From Betaproteobacteria bacterium (GTDB taxonomy: Bacteria > Pseudomonadota > Gammaproteobacteria > Burkholderiales > Ga0077523), in assembly GCA_037141795.1 (NCBI GenBank), contig JBAXBV010000002.1:6588-70587 (forward strand): a stretch of 64,000 nucleotides of DNA, given 5' to 3'. Shown piece after piece: positions 10,227 through 20,878 of the stretch (positions are counted from its first letter, which is position 1; each line of letters begins with the position of its first letter). Made by a program: the position numbers and the translations under genes. The notes under the pieces were generated by a model, which ran no database searches, was not told where the DNA came from, and saw only the letters and a program-made list of their open reading frames with translations.

Positions 10227-11396
10227 TCAAATTGCCGCGAGGGCCCCTTCGAGATCACGCTTGAGATCGGAAACGTCCTCGATTCCGACCGACAGGCGCA
10301 CGAGATTGTCGGTGATCCCCATCTTGGCACGCCTTTCGGGTGGCAGGGAAGCGTGGCTCATGAGACCAGGATGACCGATCAGACTCTCCACACCCCCGAG
10401 CGACTCCGCGAGGGTAAAGATTTCGCATCGTTCGAGGAAACGTCTTGTTCCGTCCATATCCGTGCGCAGGAAAGCGGAAATCATGCCGCCGTAGCCGTGC
10501 ATCTGCGCACTGGCCAGGAAGTGCTGCGGGTGCTTGGGCAGACCGGGATAGACGACGCTCGACGTTTTCGGGTGGGCGTCCAGCCAATGGGCGAGTTCGA
10601 GTGCATTGGCGCAGTGCCTTTCCATTCTGAGCGGCAGGGTCTTGAGCCCTCGCAGGGCAAGGAAGCTGCTGAACGGATCCATGATCGAGCCGATCGCATT
10701 CTGCATGAACGACAAGCGGTCAGCCAGTTCCGGAGCATCACCGACCACAACCACACCTCCAACCACATCAGAGTGACCATTGATGTACTTCGTCACCGAA
10801 TGGATCACGATGTCGAAACCGTGCTCGAGTGGCCGCTGGACATGGGGGGAGGCGAAGGTGTTGTCGCATACGGTGAGAACGTTGTGTTTCCGACCCAGTT
10901 CAGCAAGCGCCCGGAGATCGGTCAGTTTAAGGAGCGGGTTGGACGGACTTTCCACCCAGATCATTCGTGTCTCAGGCCTGACCGCTGCCGCGATCGTCTG
11001 GGGGTCGTTCGGGTCGCAATAAGTGACCTTCAGACCCATCGACCGCGCCCGCACCCGCTCGAACAGCCGCCAGCTACCCCCATAAAGATCATCCACGGCA
11101 ACGAGGTGACTGCCCGCTTCGAGCAATTCGAGAACAGTGCTCATCGCTGCAAGCCCCGAGGAGAAGGCCCATGCCGAGCTGCCCCCCTCGAGATCCGCGA
11201 TACAGCGCTCGAAGGCCATGCGCGTGGGATTCTGCGACCTGGCGTACTCGAAACCAGTATGGTCGCCCGGAGATCTTTGCCTGAAAGTGGACGTCGCATA
11301 GATCGGCGGCATGACCGCGCCCGTCGTCGGATCCGCCTCCTGGCCAGCGTGAATTGCGCGCGTCGCAAAGCCGGCACCGTGTCTTGAATCACTCAT
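10227..11396 (-). CDS. PLP-dependent cystathionine gamma-synthase/lyase family
   Basis: FATRAIHAGQ, EYARSQNPTR, DNTFASP, HSVTKYINGHSDV (PLP Lys), LAESLGGVESL, RLSVGIE. Confidence 0.92.
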   Translation of the reverse strand: MSDSRHGAGFATRAIHAGQEADPTTGAVMPPIYATSTFRQRSPGDHTGFEYARSQNPTRMAFERCIADLEGGSSAWAFSSGLAAMSTVLELLEAGSHLVAVDDLYGGSWRLFERVRARSMGLKVTYCDPNDPQTIAAAVRPETRMIWVESPSNPLLKLTDLRALAELGRKHNVLTVCDNTFASPHVQRPLEHGFDIVIHSVTKYINGHSDVVGGVVVVGDAPELADRLSFMQNAIGSIMDPFSSFLALRGLKTLPLRMERHCANALELAHWLDAHPKTSSVVYPGLPKHPQHFLASAQMHGYGGMISAFLRTDMDGTRRFLERCEIFTLAESLGGVESLIGHPGLMSHASLPPERRAKMGITDNLVRLSVGIEDVSDLKRDLEGALAAI

Positions 11397-11584
11397 GTCG
11401 ATTGGTTCTCGCAGCACGAGGCACAATGGTACATGGTCCCGGTCGTCAAGGTCCTCGAGGGCGCTTTGCCCATGCAGTCGAACACGAGATCTAACCTGTG
11501 CCGATCAGCCGAAAGGACTTCGCCGGGGAAACGATCAGGATCGAATTCCAAACAAGAGCGCAGCCGACGCTCTGGTTCAAGCAA

Positions 11585-12229
11585 TCAACCTGTCCTCACG
11601 ACACCCCGATCGATCGTGTAGACGCGATCGAGCATATCCCTGGAGTGAGAAAGATCCGACTCCGTCAGGATGATGGACAGGCCCTCTGCCTTGAGTCTGG
11701 CGATCACCTCCGCAAGCCGCCGCGCAAGCACTGGTGCGACGCCTTCGAAGGGCTCATCGAGCAGGAGCAGTCGGGACCCGCTCATCAGCGCACGCGCGAG
11801 CGCCACCAGTTTCTGCTGCCCCCCCGAGAGCTGCAGTGCCTTTCGCGCGCGGAACGTTTCAACTTCGGGAATCATCTGGTAGACACGCCGGAGGCGAGCC
11901 TCCGCATCGGGCCGGTTGCCTGCCCAGCAAGGCACCAGAACGTTCTCCTCGACCGTAAGTGAAGGTACCAGGCGCCGGTCTTCCGGCATGTAACCGATGC
12001 CCCCTCGCGCACGCAGATGGGTAGGGATGCGATCAAGCGGCATCCCCGCGAACTGGATATGCCCCGAGCGCACGGGGAGGATTCCCATGACCGCCCTCAT
12101 CAGGGTGGTCTTGCCCGCCCCGTTGCGACCGATCAAACCCACAAACTCGCGATCGCCGACAGTCATGTCAACACCGCGCAGGATGCCAACCGATCCGATG
12201 GAAACGTCGAGGCGCTGGATATCAAGCAT
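11585..12229 (-). CDS. Liv-type ABC transporter ATPase (LivF-like)
   Basis: GRNGAGKTT, LSGGQQK, LLLDEP; start MLDIQRLDV. Confidence 0.9.
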   Translation of the reverse strand: MLDIQRLDVSIGSVGILRGVDMTVGDREFVGLIGRNGAGKTTLMRAVMGILPVRSGHIQFAGMPLDRIPTHLRARGGIGYMPEDRRLVPSLTVEENVLVPCWAGNRPDAEARLRRVYQMIPEVETFRARKALQLSGGQQKLVALARALMSGSRLLLLDEPFEGVAPVLARRLAEVIARLKAEGLSIILTESDLSHSRDMLDRVYTIDRGVVRTG

Positions 12230-13001
12230 CGCTTGAACCCGCTGCCGGCACGTGAGCACCGATGACGTAGCGGCGCACCTCGACGTCGTCGAGAACCATC
12301 GCAGGCTCACCGTCGGCAATGATCCGGCCTTCATAGAAAGCCAGAACGCGATGAGTGTATTTGGCAACAACCTCCATGTCGTGTTCCACGAAAAGGACTG
12401 TCACACGGTTCTCCCGCACGGCTTCCATGACCATGTCCATGAGGCCGAACTTCTCGTCAGCCGACACACCACTGGTGGGCTCATCAAGCAGCAGGATACG
12501 GGGCCTCACGACCATGGCCATCGCAATATCCAGCAGCTTGCGAGTCCCCTCGGGGAGCAGGCCTGCCTGCCGATCCCGATAGGCGCCCAGGTTGAACTGC
12601 TCCAGCATCGCGTCCACCGCCCGGGCAGGATCGGCATAGGAACGATTGGATGCCCCGCCCCACCGGTTGCCGGCCTGAACCACGATACCCACACCCACCA
12701 GCAGGTTGTCATGCACCGACATCGAGTTGAACAGTTGGGGGATCTGAAAGGATCGGCAGATACCCAACTGGGTAACCTGTCGGGGTGCGAGCCGGGTGAT
12801 ATCCCGCCCCTCGAAATGGATCGAACCCGATGTGGGCTTCAGATAGCCGGTGACCATGTTGATGAAAGTGGTCTTCCCGGCACCGTTCGAACCGATCAGA
12901 CCCACGATCGAGTCCTGATCGACCTTAACGTTGATATCCGCAGCCGCCGTTACGGCCCCGAAGCTCTTGTTCAGGCCCCTGGCATCAAGAATGGTGGTCA
13001 C
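12222..13001 (-). CDS. Liv-type ABC transporter ATPase (LivG-like)
   Basis: GSNGAGKTT, RSFQIPQLF, LLLDEPTSG, VEHDM. Confidence 0.9.
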   Translation of the reverse strand: MTTILDARGLNKSFGAVTAAADINVKVDQDSIVGLIGSNGAGKTTFINMVTGYLKPTSGSIHFEGRDITRLAPRQVTQLGICRSFQIPQLFNSMSVHDNLLVGVGIVVQAGNRWGGASNRSYADPARAVDAMLEQFNLGAYRDRQAGLLPEGTRKLLDIAMAMVVRPRILLLDEPTSGVSADEKFGLMDMVMEAVRENRVTVLFVEHDMEVVAKYTHRVLAFYEGRIIADGEPAMVLDDVEVRRYVIGAHVPAAGSSDA

Positions 13002-13089
13002 GTGCGGACATCTCCGAACATATGCTCCCCTCCGGCTCCCTCGATGCGGCCCGGCCAGGCATTGCTCGGGTCTGTCGGCATGACGCTGA

Positions 13090-14028
13090 TCACGAGGACT
13101 CTCGACGGCGGGTGAACAGGGACCAGAGGCCGCCCGGAAGGAATATCATGACGATGAGCATCGTGATGCCGAGCACCATCTGCCAGGTGTTGGGCGAGTA
13201 CTCGTAAGCAAAGCTTCGAACGGCCTCGAACACGAGGGCGCCACCCAGTGGCGCGAAGACACTGCCTGTCCCGGACAGGATTGCGATGAACACGAACTCC
13301 CCGGACTGGGGCCAATAGGTCATCTCGGGATCGATGTGCCCGATGTTGACAGCCATCAGCGCACCCCCAATGCCGGCAAGCACGGCGGATACCACGTAGT
13401 TGAGGTGCACCGTGGCGCGCACCGAGGCTCCCATGTACTCGACACGCAGTTCGTTATCCCGTATCGCACCTGCGAGTCGCCCCCGGTGGGACGCGAGATA
13501 GCCGTGAAGGACCACTGCCGCCACCGCAACGATCGCAACTGTCAATCGGAAAATCGCGAGTCGCAGTCCGTCCCCTTCGAGGGCCACTCCCGCAACGGAC
13601 CGGGCGGCCACATTGAAACCGTCGGTCGAACCGAAGGAAGCACTCTTCACCAGCAATCCGTAAAGGATCATGGAGAAAGCCAGCGACAGCATCGCAAAGA
13701 AGATGTCGCGATACTTGGCGAGCAAAAAACCGAGCAACGCCGAAACCGCGGCCGTCAGCAGGGCGCCTGCGAGCACCATGAGCATCATGTCCGACAGACG
13801 CGCAAAATGCTCGAGCATCCCAGCCGCGTAGGCCCCGAGACAATAGTAGAGGCCGTGACCGAACGACACGAGACCCGTGCGCATCAGCAACAACATGCCA
13901 AGGACCACGACACCGTAGCAGAGCGCAACATTGAGGAGCGACACCAGCCACTTCGGAAGAAATGGACTCGCGAGCAGGAGCAGCACCGCCACGGCGGCAA
14001 CGCCGGCGGACGTTCGGTCCACTCTCAT
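13090..14028 (-). CDS. Liv-type ABC permease (LivM-like)
   Basis: Multi-TM; GLVSFGH, IFFAMLSLAF, AIRDNELR. Confidence 0.9.
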   Translation of the reverse strand: MRVDRTSAGVAAVAVLLLLASPFLPKWLVSLLNVALCYGVVVLGMLLLMRTGLVSFGHGLYYCLGAYAAGMLEHFARLSDMMLMVLAGALLTAAVSALLGFLLAKYRDIFFAMLSLAFSMILYGLLVKSASFGSTDGFNVAARSVAGVALEGDGLRLAIFRLTVAIVAVAAVVLHGYLASHRGRLAGAIRDNELRVEYMGASVRATVHLNYVVSAVLAGIGGALMAVNIGHIDPEMTYWPQSGEFVFIAILSGTGSVFAPLGGALVFEAVRSFAYEYSPNTWQMVLGITMLIVMIFLPGGLWSLFTRRRESS

Positions 14029-14936
14029 ATCTTGCGAACCTCCGCCCCGCTGAACAGGCCCTTCGGCCTCAGGATCAGAACCACCGCCATGACGAAGTAG
14101 ACGCTGAACAATTCCACCTCGGGTTGATAGTGGACGGCCGCTGCGCGCACGAGCCCGACGATCAATGCCCCGAGGGCCGCACCTGGAAGACTGCCCAACC
14201 CCCCGATCACGACGACGGCGAATGCCATCACGATCACCTCCGCCCCCATGCCCGTGACCACCGAAACGGTGGGTGCCGTCAGCGCTCCACCCACTGCAGC
14301 CAGGAAGGCCCCGAGCGTGAACGTCACGAAGTAGGTCCGGCTTACGTTGATGCCCAGGGCTGCGCTCATCTCGCGGTCATGAATGACCGCCAGGAGGAGT
14401 TTGCCGGCCCGCGTGCTGCTCAACGCCCACGTCAGGGAGAGTCCGGAGAGGAGGGCCACGGCAATCAGCAGCAGGTTGTAATTCGGATACGTCAGACCGG
14501 CGATCTCGAAGTTGCCCAGAAGACCGTAGGGGGTCTCCCCGTTGGGGCCCTGTACGAACAGGGGATCCACACCCCAGACAAGCTTGATGAAGTCCTCGAG
14601 GATGAGGAAAAGCGCATAGGTCACCAGCACGAGAACGACTTCATCCTTCCCGTAGAGATACCGCAGCAATCCGCGTTCGATGAGCGGCCCCGCGACGAGG
14701 CCGACCAGTACCGCTGCCAGCGCGAGCATCGCGAAGCTCCCCATCGGGGCATAACCGTGGTTGAACCACATCCCGGCAAGCGACACCGCCGAGAACGCGC
14801 CGAGGGCATACAGGCTGCCATGTGCGATGTTGAGAATCTTCATCACGCCGTAGATCAGCGTGAGACCCACGGCGATGATGAACAGCCACGAGGAATAGAC
14901 GATCCCGTCCACCAGGACCGCAACGAATTGGCTCAT
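14025..14936 (-). CDS. Liv-type ABC permease (LivH-like)
   Basis: GLTLIYGVMKILNIAHG, FAVVVIGGLGS, RPKGLF. Confidence 0.9.
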   Translation of the reverse strand: MSQFVAVLVDGIVYSSWLFIIAVGLTLIYGVMKILNIAHGSLYALGAFSAVSLAGMWFNHGYAPMGSFAMLALAAVLVGLVAGPLIERGLLRYLYGKDEVVLVLVTYALFLILEDFIKLVWGVDPLFVQGPNGETPYGLLGNFEIAGLTYPNYNLLLIAVALLSGLSLTWALSSTRAGKLLLAVIHDREMSAALGINVSRTYFVTFTLGAFLAAVGGALTAPTVSVVTGMGAEVIVMAFAVVVIGGLGSLPGAALGALIVGLVRAAAVHYQPEVELFSVYFVMAVVLILRPKGLFSGAEVRKI

Positions 14937-14945
14937 GCGTGATCG

Positions 14946-16292
14946 CTATTTCGTGCGCTTGAATCCGGACTTGATCCACTCGATGGACGGTACGCCTTCG
15001 GGTGGCTGAACGCGCTCTGCAGGGTAGTACTTGATGTTTCCCACCTTGACCACCCCGTTCTCGGTCCGGGTGGTCCCATAGGCAGTGCCCTGCACCGCCT
15101 GATGGCCCTTGCCCAGGGTCATGGCAACCTTCCCCGAGGGCGAATCGAAGGTGAGTCCCTCGAGAGCCGCGATGATCTCGTCCTGGGTCGGAGGAGCATA
15201 GGCCTTTTCCATCTCCTCCTTGACGTTCTTCGCGGCACCCATCGGAATCGCCGAGCCGATTTTCTTCTGGAGGGCTTTCTCGTATGCCGACTTCACACCC
15301 AGGATGGCCTGGGCAACGCTGTAGGCAGGATAATTCGGGACCAGCCCGGTCTTTGCCTTGTACAGGTCCTTCAGCCACGTATTGAGGGGAGAATCGAGTG
15401 CGAAGAGGCCGTGCGGACCACGCGCTCCGACGATCGTGCCGTCGGGCACGTGACCGACCATCCGGTGCAGGTTCGGTTCGCCCGCGATGAGGATGAGCTG
15501 CGATTTCTTGAAAAGGTCGCGGGGCGTTGCCTGAAGCATGAAGGCCTCCAGGTCGCCGCCCCAGAGGCTCGAATGGATCACGTCCGGCGCGGCGCCGATC
15601 AGGGCCGAGATCTCGGCCCCGTACTGACCCGCACCAAACTTGGGCATCTGCGATGTGCCGATCTGGACCTCCGGCTTCATCACCTTGATGGTGTTCTCGA
15701 AATCGTTCCAGGAGTCCTGGCCCCACGCATAGTTCTGGTTGATGCCGGAAAAGCGTTTTGCCGCTGGCCTGTTGTCGAACAGATACATCGCTGCGGCGAC
15801 TGCATCCATGGTGGCGTGTGCCCGCGTGCGGAACACATATCTGTAGCTGGCCTCTTCGAAGATCCGCGGCGTGCCGCAGTCGAAGAAGACCGTCAGCTTT
15901 CTGAGTTCCTCCGCGACAGGGGCAATGGCAAGACAGTCGCCGCTGCCGATGTACCCGACAACCAGATCAACATCCTGCCGTTGCACAAGCGTGCGAAACT
16001 CGCTCACCTGTTTGGTGGCACCACCGGCCTCGTCTATCACCACGAGTTCGATCGGAGTGCTGCCGAAGCCCTTGATCTGGTAGGGAGCCGGCGCCTTGCC
16101 TGCATTGAGAGACTCGACGATCGCCTCTGCGGCAAGCTTTGCAGGCACGCCAAAGGGACCCGCTGCCGGACCGGAGAGAAAGGTCACGAACCCGATCTTG
16201 ATGGAGGTCTTCTGCTGCGCCTGGCCATCGGAGGTACCGATCAGCATCAGCGTCAGCGCCGTTACAAACGCCCTGAACACGCCTTTTTTCAT
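14946..16292 (-). CDS. Liv-type ABC substrate-binding protein
   Basis: Signal peptide MKKGVFRAF...GQA; IKIGFVTFLSG, NYAWGQD, periplasmic binding protein type 1 pattern. Confidence 0.88.
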   Translation of the reverse strand: MKKGVFRAFVTALTLMLIGTSDGQAQQKTSIKIGFVTFLSGPAAGPFGVPAKLAAEAIVESLNAGKAPAPYQIKGFGSTPIELVVIDEAGGATKQVSEFRTLVQRQDVDLVVGYIGSGDCLAIAPVAEELRKLTVFFDCGTPRIFEEASYRYVFRTRAHATMDAVAAAMYLFDNRPAAKRFSGINQNYAWGQDSWNDFENTIKVMKPEVQIGTSQMPKFGAGQYGAEISALIGAAPDVIHSSLWGGDLEAFMLQATPRDLFKKSQLILIAGEPNLHRMVGHVPDGTIVGARGPHGLFALDSPLNTWLKDLYKAKTGLVPNYPAYSVAQAILGVKSAYEKALQKKIGSAIPMGAAKNVKEEMEKAYAPPTQDEIIAALEGLTFDSPSGKVAMTLGKGHQAVQGTAYGTTRTENGVVKVGNIKYYPAERVQPPEGVPSIEWIKSGFKRTK

Positions 16293-16386
16293 GATCCCGT
16301 GATCCTCCCTGTCTGTTCTCGAAGCCGCCCTCACGCTTGTTGCCAAGCGCCGGAGCCCGCGGAATCTAACACCGTGTCCCGCGTTG

Positions 16387-17160
16387 TCAACCGGCAGAAA
16401 AACCGCCATCCACGAATAGCACCTGGCCGGTAATGTAATCGGATGCATGCGATGCCAGGAAGACGGTGATGCCGCGAATGTCCTCAAGTTCGCCGTTGCG
16501 GCCGATCATCGTGCGTGCAGCAAGCCCACGCGCCCGTTCCGGATCGTCGAACACCGCCCTGGTCAGGGGCGTCGGGAAGAAACCCGGGGCGATGGCATTG
16601 CAGTTGACACCTCGAGGAGACCACGCCTCCGCCAGGGTCCGCGTCAGCTGGGCGACACCCGCCTTGGAAACTCCATACGCACCACTGTTGTTGAAGGACC
16701 GCACCGACTGCAGGGAAGCAAGATTGATGATGCGCCCCCAACCCCGGCGTGCCATCTCGGGCGCCAGCAGCCGGGCAAGCAGAAATGGCGAATCGAGGTT
16801 GAGTCGCATGGTCCTGTCCCAGACACCCTCGTCGAGAACGGTCATGGAAGGACGCTCGTTGATGCCTGCCGCGCAGACGAGAATGTCCGGGGATCCGAGA
16901 CCATCGACCGCCTCGCGCGCCACGCGCGCGTTCTCGCCCCGATCGGATAGATCCGCCTGAATCTCGCAAGCCCGGCGCCCCAGGGCCCGGACGTCCCGGG
17001 AGACGGCGGCGAGACGCTCGCGATCCCTTCCGACGACCACGATGTCCGCGCCCGCCTCGGCAAGCGCAAGCGCCATCGTGCGTCCGATTCCGGAGTTCCC
17101 CCCCGTCACCATCGCAACTCGACCGTCAAGCCGAAACAGTTCCGCAAGGTTCGCGTTCAT
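16387..17160 (-). CDS. Short-chain dehydrogenase/reductase (gluconate-5-DH/KduD-like)
   Basis: [36 protein letters not shown]; ATGA overlap with argH. Confidence 0.88.
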   Translation of the reverse strand: MNANLAELFRLDGRVAMVTGGNSGIGRTMALALAEAGADIVVVGRDRERLAAVSRDVRALGRRACEIQADLSDRGENARVAREAVDGLGSPDILVCAAGINERPSMTVLDEGVWDRTMRLNLDSPFLLARLLAPEMARRGWGRIINLASLQSVRSFNNSGAYGVSKAGVAQLTRTLAEAWSPRGVNCNAIAPGFFPTPLTRAVFDDPERARGLAARTMIGRNGELEDIRGITVFLASHASDYITGQVLFVDGGFSAG

Positions 17161-18614
17161 GCCCGCTCCTCCGTCGTGACCGCGAGATCCTGGCGGGCGC
17201 GCGCCACCGCCGCCCGAACCTGCGCCGGCGCTGTCCCTCCAAAGTGATTGCGACTTGCAAGGGAACCATCGAGGGTGAGCACGTCATAGACGCTCGCGTC
17301 CATGGAGGGAGCAAACGCCCGGAACTGATCCAGGGTCAGCCCGGAGAGTTCGATCCCGAGGCGCGCTGCCTCGCGGACTGCACGCGCCACTGCTTCGTGG
17401 GCCTCCCTGAACGGGGTACCCCGCCGGACCAGATAGTCGGCGAGATCCGTCGCGGTCGCGAAACCCTCGGAGGCGGCCTCCCGCATCCTCGCTGGCTTGA
17501 CGATGATCCCCCGCATCATTTCCGCAAACAGGACGAGACTGTCGACGACGGTGTCCACGGTATCGAAGAGAGGTTCCTTGTCCTCCTGATTGTCCTTGTT
17601 GTAGGCAAGGGGCTGACCTTTCATGAGGGTAAGGAGTGCGACGAGGTGACCGCTCACGCGCCCCGTCTTGCCTCGGACGAGTTCAGGCACATCCGGATTC
17701 TTCTTCTGCGGAAGCATGGACGATCCCGTGCAGAATCGGTCGGGAAGATCGACGAATCCGAAACGGGGATTCATCCACAGGATCAGTTCCTCCGAAAGGC
17801 GGGACAGATGGGTCATGATGAGAGCGGCAGCCGCCGTGAATTCGATGGCGAAGTCCCGGTCCGAAACGGCGTCGAGCGAATTGCCGCAGACGGCCGTGAA
17901 GCCGAGCGCCCGCGCCACGTGGTCCCGGTCAATGGGGAAAGTGGTTCCGGCAAGCGCGCCCGCTCCAAGCGGCAGAACGTTGACTCGCACGCGACAGTCG
18001 ATCAGACGTTCCGTGTCGCGCTTGAGCATTTCGTAATACGCCAGCATGTGGTGGCCGAAGGTGACTGGCTGTGCCACCTGGAGGTGCGTGAAGCCCGGCA
18101 TGACCGCTTCGGCATTGCGCTCCGCCAGATCCACGAGGACATGACGCAAATCCCGGAGATGCCCAACGATGCGATCGATCGCGTCCCGCAGATAGAGTCG
18201 TATGTCGGTCGCGACCTGATCGTTGCGCGACCGGGCAGTGTGCAGGCGCTTCCCGGCGTCACCCACCAGTGCGATGAGACGCTTCTCGATGTTGAGATGC
18301 ACATCCTCCAGATCGAGGGACCATTCGAACCGACCCGACTCGACCTCGTTCCGTATCGTCGCCATGCCAGCGCGAATGTCCGCGAGATCATTGGCAGAAA
18401 TGACCCCGGTCGCTGCAAGCATCGCCGCGTGTGCCAGCGATCCCTCGATATCGAACAATGCCAGCCGCTTGTCGAAGAACACGGAGCCGGTGTATCGCTT
18501 GACACGCTCATCCACGGGTTCGCTGAAACGCCCGGACCACGTTTGCGGGGATATGGAGCCGCCTTCAACCGGTTGCACGACCTGGGGTGGTTGTTCAGAA
18601 TTCATGGCAGACAC
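17157..18614 (-). CDS. argH: Argininosuccinate lyase
   Basis: [45 protein letters not shown]. Confidence 0.97.
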   Translation of the reverse strand: MSAMNSEQPPQVVQPVEGGSISPQTWSGRFSEPVDERVKRYTGSVFFDKRLALFDIEGSLAHAAMLAATGVISANDLADIRAGMATIRNEVESGRFEWSLDLEDVHLNIEKRLIALVGDAGKRLHTARSRNDQVATDIRLYLRDAIDRIVGHLRDLRHVLVDLAERNAEAVMPGFTHLQVAQPVTFGHHMLAYYEMLKRDTERLIDCRVRVNVLPLGAGALAGTTFPIDRDHVARALGFTAVCGNSLDAVSDRDFAIEFTAAAALIMTHLSRLSEELILWMNPRFGFVDLPDRFCTGSSMLPQKKNPDVPELVRGKTGRVSGHLVALLTLMKGQPLAYNKDNQEDKEPLFDTVDTVVDSLVLFAEMMRGIIVKPARMREAASEGFATATDLADYLVRRGTPFREAHEAVARAVREAARLGIELSGLTLDQFRAFAPSMDASVYDVLTLDGSLASRNHFGGTAPAQVRAAVARARQDLAVTTEERA

Positions 18615-18733
18615 AGGACTTTCCTTACCTACGGTAACGGGTGCCGGCGCCCCCGGCAGGACATCGGACCGGAGTCCTGCAAGCCGGCACTGCCGGATGC
18701 GCCTGAAGAGGGAGCGAAGCGCTTGGGAAGCTC

Positions 18734-19765
18734 GTGGGAAACATCGATCCGAGTATAAATCAGCCGTTCCGACTGCCGGACCGTCTACCCGATTTCCTCA
18801 ACACCGGAGTCTGGTTGCGGGCCGTTCTGGCGGTCACCGGTCTGTGCATGGCCGCCTCCCTCCTCGCAGACCCGGACTGGAACAACTGGCCCGAGGAGTT
18901 CGCCATCACGGCAGCACGCGTGCTTCCGCCAACCCTGTTGACGCTGATGGTCAGCGCCCTGATGACGGGGCCGCTCTCGCGCCTTCGTTATTCCCGGGGT
19001 ATCGCAGCCATACTCGTGATCGCGACGCTGGCTTCCGCCGCGAGCGCCTGGTTGCTTCTTCAGGGGTTCAACCTCCAGGCGACCTCACCGGCCCGCCGCG
19101 TCGCGCTTACGCTGCTGGTGACGGGGGTCGTCCTGTTCTATTTCCACCTCCGTGACAAGGCGCTGTCGCCAGCGCTCACCGAGGCCAGACTTCAGGCGCT
19201 CCAGGCCAGGATCCGACCGCATTTTCTCTTCAACAGCATCAATGCCGTACTGTCCCTGGTCCGGAGCGAGCCCCGCCGTGCGGAGGAGGCTCTCGAGGAC
19301 CTTGCCGATCTCTTCCGGGTCTTGATGGCAGATAATCGCGACCTGTCGCCGCTGGGAGACGAGGTCGCGCTGTCCCGCCAGTACCTCGACCTCGAACAAC
19401 TTCGGCTGGGCAATCGCCTGAAGGTGATCTGGCATATCGACAAGATGCCACGCGATGCCCTCGTGCCACCGCTGGTGCTTCAGCCTCTGCTTGAAAATGC
19501 CGTTTACCACGGCATCGAAACCTCAGCCGAGCCCGGAGAAATCACCGTCAACATCTTCCAGTCGCGCGGGGAGGTTCACATGGTGCTGCGCAACCCCTTC
19601 CGCCCGGGAGTTGAGCACACCGGCGGCAATCAGATGGCGCTTGCCAACATCCGGGAGCGACTTTCCCTGCACTTCGACGAAGAAGGGCGCCTCGAAACAC
19701 GAATTCGGGATGGCTCATACCAGGTACATATCCGCCTTCCCTATCGCAAGGCCACACCGGCGTGA
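18734..19765 (+). CDS. algZ: LytS-family sensor kinase, FimS/AlgZ-like
   Basis: [27 protein letters not shown]; no DxGxG box, as reported for FimS; argH-divergent synteny. Confidence 0.85.
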   Translation: MGNIDPSINQPFRLPDRLPDFLNTGVWLRAVLAVTGLCMAASLLADPDWNNWPEEFAITAARVLPPTLLTLMVSALMTGPLSRLRYSRGIAAILVIATLASAASAWLLLQGFNLQATSPARRVALTLLVTGVVLFYFHLRDKALSPALTEARLQALQARIRPHFLFNSINAVLSLVRSEPRRAEEALEDLADLFRVLMADNRDLSPLGDEVALSRQYLDLEQLRLGNRLKVIWHIDKMPRDALVPPLVLQPLLENAVYHGIETSAEPGEITVNIFQSRGEVHMVLRNPFRPGVEHTGGNQMALANIRERLSLHFDEEGRLETRIRDGSYQVHIRLPYRKATPA

Positions 19766-20532
19766 ATCAGATCAGGGACCCGATCAGAGTCGTGATCGTC
19801 GATGACGAGGCACCTGCGCGCAACCGCTTGCGGCAACTCCTGCTGGATTGCGCGCAGTCGATCCCGCTGACTGTGGTCGCGGAAACCGGGGGTGGCGACA
19901 GCCTGCTCGCGCTACTCAGGGAAAAGGAGGTGGATCTTGTCTTCCTCGACATCCGCATGCCCGGCAGGAGCGGGCTGGAAACCGCCCGGATCGTCCAGAA
20001 GATGCCATCCCCACCGTGGATTGTCTTCACCACCGCGTACGACCAGCACGCGCTGGAGGCATTCGAGGTACACGCGGTCGATTACCTCCTCAAGCCCGTC
20101 CGGGCCCGCCGGCTCCTTGAATCCCTGGAGCTGGTCAGTCAGATGGCGGCGTCCCGAACGGGACAAGCAGCTACCCTGCCGCCGCCCCGGACACACCTGC
20201 CGGTTCACGAACGGGGCGCGATCAGTCTCGTTCCGATCGACGAAGTCCTGTTCCTGCGTTCTGAACTCAAGTACGTGACCGCCCGGACAGTCAGCCGGGA
20301 GTATCTGATCGAGGAGTCCCTCACCCGGCTGGAGGAGGAATTCCGGAATGACTTCGTTCGAATCCACCGAGGCTGCCTGGTGGCATTGCGCCACCTTCGG
20401 GGATTCGAGAGATCCGGCCACGAAGGAGCCGAACTCCACTGGGTCGCCGTTCTGAATGGGCTGCAGGAACGGCTGCCCGTGTCGCGCAGACAATCCCACG
20501 TCGTCCGACGCTTTGTCAGAGGCGGCCCCTGA
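19762..20532 (+). CDS. algR: LytTR response regulator, AlgR-like
   Basis: VDDEAPAR, LDIRMP, FTTAYD, DYLLKP, FVRIHR, LPVSRR. Confidence 0.88.
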   Translation: MNQIRDPIRVVIVDDEAPARNRLRQLLLDCAQSIPLTVVAETGGGDSLLALLREKEVDLVFLDIRMPGRSGLETARIVQKMPSPPWIVFTTAYDQHALEAFEVHAVDYLLKPVRARRLLESLELVSQMAASRTGQAATLPPPRTHLPVHERGAISLVPIDEVLFLRSELKYVTARTVSREYLIEESLTRLEEEFRNDFVRIHRGCLVALRHLRGFERSGHEGAELHWVAVLNGLQERLPVSRRQSHVVRRFVRGGP

Positions 20533-20841
20533 ACTTCCCGCACTCGAGCTCCTGGCCCGGGCCGTTGAATGACCGGGGCCGGGGAGCCGATACAGCGGTC
20601 GATCCACGAACGGTCGGGTTCGGGGTTGATGCCCTGCGCCAGGATGCTCCCGGCGAGGTGGTACACGATCCGCCGCCCCTCCGCGCCCATGGCATGAATC
20701 GCCTCCCCCGACGAAGCTTCATTCGAGAAGTAGCCGTCGGATCCCCGACGCCTGCCCGCGACGAAGCCGCGGCGAGGGGAAGGCCCCCCTTGGGAGAACC
20801 TCAAACCCTCCACGGGCCATGCGTTTCGTGCCCTGCGTCAC

Positions 20842-20850
20842 TGGTAGAAT
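20842..20850 (+). promoter_or_regulatory. Extended -10 element upstream of hemC
   Basis: TGGTAGAAT (TGn-TAGAAT) about 30 bp before GTG 20879. Confidence 0.45.
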
Positions 20851-20878
20851 TCCGACATTCAAATCCCGCGCCACAAAC

